Shown here: positions 61,342-64,000 of the stretch, one piece after another
Position numbering within the stretch: the first letter of the stretch is position 1
Layout of the letters: every line of letters begins with the position of its first letter
From: an uncultured Verrucomicrobiae bacterium
Lineage (GTDB): Bacteria > Verrucomicrobiota > Verrucomicrobiia > Chthoniobacterales > Chthoniobacteraceae
Direction: 5' to 3'
NCBI GenBank assembly: GCA_963836755.1
Contig: CAWIKF010000002.1
Location: forward strand, 1,632,001 to 1,696,000
Length of the DNA: 64,000 bases
Notes under the pieces: model-generated
What the model was told of the DNA's origin: nothing
The model's input: the letters and a program-made list of their open reading frames with translations, nothing else
Databases searched by the model: none
Translations under genes and position numbers: made by a program

Positions 61342-62180
61342 GCGCACGAATTCTTTCTCATCGTTACGGCAAAGGGCGCGTTCGTGTTTTGAAAATTTTG
61401 CGCACCGGCGCAGTGCACGCGATCAAGGAACTCGACGTGACCGTGAGCCTCGATGGCGATTTTGAAAGCGCCTACACCGCCGGCGACAACAGCAAAATTG
61501 TCGCGACTGACACCGTGAAAAATACGATCAACGTTCTCGCGCACCGGCATCTCGGCGAGGAAAACGAACGCTTCGTGCTGCTTCTCGCGCGGCATTTTTT
61601 GGAAAAATATCCGCAGGTTTCCGCAGTCAGCGCGATGGCTGTCGAGCGCGCATGGCAGCGGTTGCAAATCGCCGCGAAGCCGCATCCCCACAGCTTTGCG
61701 CAGACACAAGGCGCGCGTCCGTTCACGCGCGTGGATGCGACGCGCGAGGAGCACAGCATTCAATCCGGCATCGAGGATCTGCTGATTCTGAAATCGACCG
61801 AGTCGGCGTTTGAGGGATATCCGGCCTGCGAATTTACGACGCTGCCGGAGACGAAGGATCGCATCCTGGCGACGTCTCTTTCGGCGACTTGGGCATGGTC
61901 CGGCGAGCCCGCGAATTATGCCACGTCCGACGCGGCAATCCTCGACGCGATGCTCGTGCCATTCGCGGAAAAGTTTAGCCCGTCAGTGCAGGCGACGCTG
62001 TTTGAAATGGGCAGCGCGGCTCTCGAAGCGTGCGCGGAGATTTCAAAAATCCATCTTTCGATGCCGAACAAACATTGCCTGCTCATCGACCTCAAACCGT
62101 TTTCCATCGAAAATAAGAACGAACTTTTCGTGCCGGTGGAGGAACCGCAGGGGCAAATCGAGGCGACCGTTGGGCGGTGA
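61338..62180 (+). CDS. pucL: Factor-independent urate hydroxylase (uricase)
   Basis: [49 protein letters not shown]. Confidence 0.95.
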   Translation: MSARILSHRYGKGRVRVLKILRTGAVHAIKELDVTVSLDGDFESAYTAGDNSKIVATDTVKNTINVLAHRHLGEENERFVLLLARHFLEKYPQVSAVSAMAVERAWQRLQIAAKPHPHSFAQTQGARPFTRVDATREEHSIQSGIEDLLILKSTESAFEGYPACEFTTLPETKDRILATSLSATWAWSGEPANYATSDAAILDAMLVPFAEKFSPSVQATLFEMGSAALEACAEISKIHLSMPNKHCLLIDLKPFSIENKNELFVPVEEPQGQIEATVGR

Positions 62181-62192
62181 ACAGCGGACGAA

Positions 62193-63008
62193 ATGGAACT
62201 TCTCGATGAGTTGATCGCCGCGCGCGCTGCGCGCCGCGCATGCGCGCTCGTCACGATCGCAGAGACGCGCGGATCGGCTCCACGAGCCGCTGGCGCGAAG
62301 ATGCTCGTTTATTTCACCGGGGATATTTCGGGAACGATCGGCGGCGGAAAGTTTGAAGCGCTGGTCGTTGAGGATGCGCGCGCGGCGATGCGCGGGAAGG
62401 CCGCGCCGGTGTTGAAAAAGTATCCGCTGCGCGAAAACGAAGCGGAATCTTTTGGCGCGATCTGCGGCGGCGAGGTGACGGTGTTGATCGAGCCTCAACT
62501 TCCGGCGACGGAACTTTTTCTCATCGGCGCGGGCCATTGCTCGCGCGCGATTGCGCGGCTCGCGCAAGAGTGCGGATTTTTCGTGACGGTGGTCGATGAC
62601 CGTGCGGATTTGCTCGCCGATTTTTCCGATGCGCACGAGCGTGTTTCCGAAACGCCGGAGCATTTCATCGCCGCGCGCCAATGGCAGCCGGACGAGGTGC
62701 TCGTGATCGCGAGCCGCAATTTCGAGATTGATCAAAACGCGCTCGGGGCTGCGTTGCAGCAGCCGCCGTGCGGCTACGTCGGAATGATTGGCAGCAAAAC
62801 TAAAGTGCAACGCGTGTTCAAAGAATTGGCTAGTCGCGGCATCGCCGCGGAAAGGTTGCGCAGCGTCTTTGCGCCGCTCGGGCTCGACATCGGGGCCGAT
62901 TCACCGGCCGAAATTGCGGTGAGTGTGATGGCGGAAATTTTGCAGGTGATGCGCGGCCGACGGGGCGGACATCTGAAAATGCAAAGCGGCGCCGATTCCG
63001 CCGCGTGA
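62193..63008 (+). CDS. XdhC/CoxI family molybdo-hydroxylase maturation factor
   Basis: GSAPR..GAKM, GTIGGG..E, CGG, GAGH, VDDR, YVGMIGS..K, P.GLDIGA.SP.EIAVS. Confidence 0.92.
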   Translation: MELLDELIAARAARRACALVTIAETRGSAPRAAGAKMLVYFTGDISGTIGGGKFEALVVEDARAAMRGKAAPVLKKYPLRENEAESFGAICGGEVTVLIEPQLPATELFLIGAGHCSRAIARLAQECGFFVTVVDDRADLLADFSDAHERVSETPEHFIAARQWQPDEVLVIASRNFEIDQNALGAALQQPPCGYVGMIGSKTKVQRVFKELASRGIAAERLRSVFAPLGLDIGADSPAEIAVSVMAEILQVMRGRRGGHLKMQSGADSAA

Positions 63009-63060
63009 AACTTTGACGCCAGTTTGAGCTGCCCGAAAAGTCGCGTATCGTGCGACTTCG

Positions 63061-63615
63061 ATGAATTTCTGGATCAAACTCGGAGCCGCCGTGCTGGCCG
63101 TCTGGCTGGTGGCGGCGGGCGTCGTGCTGATCGCGCGCGCGCAGAAGGCGACGCCGGAAAAAGTTGCCGCGTATTTTCGCGAAGACATGTCGGCCGAGAC
63201 GAGTGCGGAGCGGGCGCGGCATATCGCGCGTGCGGCGTCGATGTTGAACGAGCTGACATTCGAGGAGCGGCAGCAATTGCGCGGCGATCGCGAGCAGGAA
63301 AAGTTTTTCCGCCAGCTCACGCCGGACGAGCAGGGGAAGTTTCTCGACGCGACGCTGCCGACGGGATTCCGGCAGATGATGGAAAATTTCAACCGAATGG
63401 ATCCGGTGAAGCGGAAGCAATTCGTCGATCGCGCGCTGGCGCAAATGAAGGCGCACGAGGGCGACGCGCCGCCGCCGCGGCATCTCGATGACAAGAATGT
63501 GCAAAAGATCGTCAGCCAGGGGCTGCATTCTTTTTACAACGACTCGAGCGCTGACGTGAAACTCGACCTCGCGCCGTTGATCGAGGAGATGCAGAAAACC
63601 AATTTCGGCCGATGA
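63061..63615 (+). CDS. Membrane-anchored helical hypothetical protein
   Basis: N-terminal TM helix, repeated LT.EE/LT.DE helical motifs; ATGA overlap with the next gene. Confidence 0.7.
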   Translation: MNFWIKLGAAVLAVWLVAAGVVLIARAQKATPEKVAAYFREDMSAETSAERARHIARAASMLNELTFEERQQLRGDREQEKFFRQLTPDEQGKFLDATLPTGFRQMMENFNRMDPVKRKQFVDRALAQMKAHEGDAPPPRHLDDKNVQKIVSQGLHSFYNDSSADVKLDLAPLIEEMQKTNFGR

Positions 63616-64000
63616 AGGCGCGCGCTTTTACGCTCATCGAGTTGCTCGTCGTGATCGGAATTATCGCGGTGCTCGCGGCGATTTTGTTTCCGGTGACGCG
63701 CCGCATGATCGCGAACGGCCGCGCGACGGCGTGCATTTCAAATGAGCGCCAGATCGGCCTCGCGCTGAATCTTTACCTCAATGACAACGACATGAAAATG
63801 CCGACGCTCGCCGCCGGCCGGCACAACCTCAGCGAAGATCTCGCCGTCATCGACAACACGCTCAACCGCTACGTCAGCGACGCGCGCGTCTTTGCCTGCC
63901 CAGCCGACTCGGCGAACCTCGCGGCGACGACCGGCACGAGCTATTACTGGAACACTGCGGTCAACGGCCAGGCGGTCAGCGGCCTCAGTTTTCTCTTCAT
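63612..64000 (+). CDS. Prepilin-type N-terminal cleavage/methylation protein (3' end runs off the window)
   Basis: MKARAFTLIELLVVIGIIAVLAAILFP...ACISNERQIGLAL..Y...FACPAD...GTSYYWN; not in ORF track. Confidence 0.88.
   Translation, partial: MKARAFTLIELLVVIGIIAVLAAILFPVTRRMIANGRATACISNERQIGLALNLYLNDNDMKMPTLAAGRHNLSEDLAVIDNTLNRYVSDARVFACPADSANLAATTGTSYYWNTAVNGQAVSGLSFLF

Overview
Bacterial chromosome segment. The gene content (plant/chlamydial-type DapL, long-form IspH, PilB-PilT-PilB, several prepilin-type proteins) suggests a PVC-group organism, probably Verrucomicrobiota; this is inference. A high-GC housekeeping backbone carries dapL, a UvrD/Rep helicase, ychF, Nif3, an MPG glycosylase, two Deg-like proteases, rdgB, hisA/hisH, ispH, an LpxL-like acyltransferase, gatB, tRNA-Thr(CGT), a TreS-maltokinase fusion, RND efflux, LemA/TPM and an aminotransferase-uricase-XdhC unit. 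It is interrupted at ~14.3-36.7 kb by a compositionally distinct glycan-degradation block (GH35, FucP-type MFS, three GH92, cupin, DUF1080 fusion, PL4 lyase with Fn3, GH2, GH3). I see no CRISPR array, integrase, transposase or defence system, and nothing I can prove is a wholly new system. Best leads: a Deg protease coupled to an apparently catalytically dead paralog; a DUF1080 domain fusion in a glycan locus lacking SusC/D-type transport; an AGXT2-like transaminase coupled to uricase; a 21-bp-period degenerate array; a compensated double frameshift in a TPM tail; recurrent leaderless-type promoters; and two small genes missed by the ORF track.
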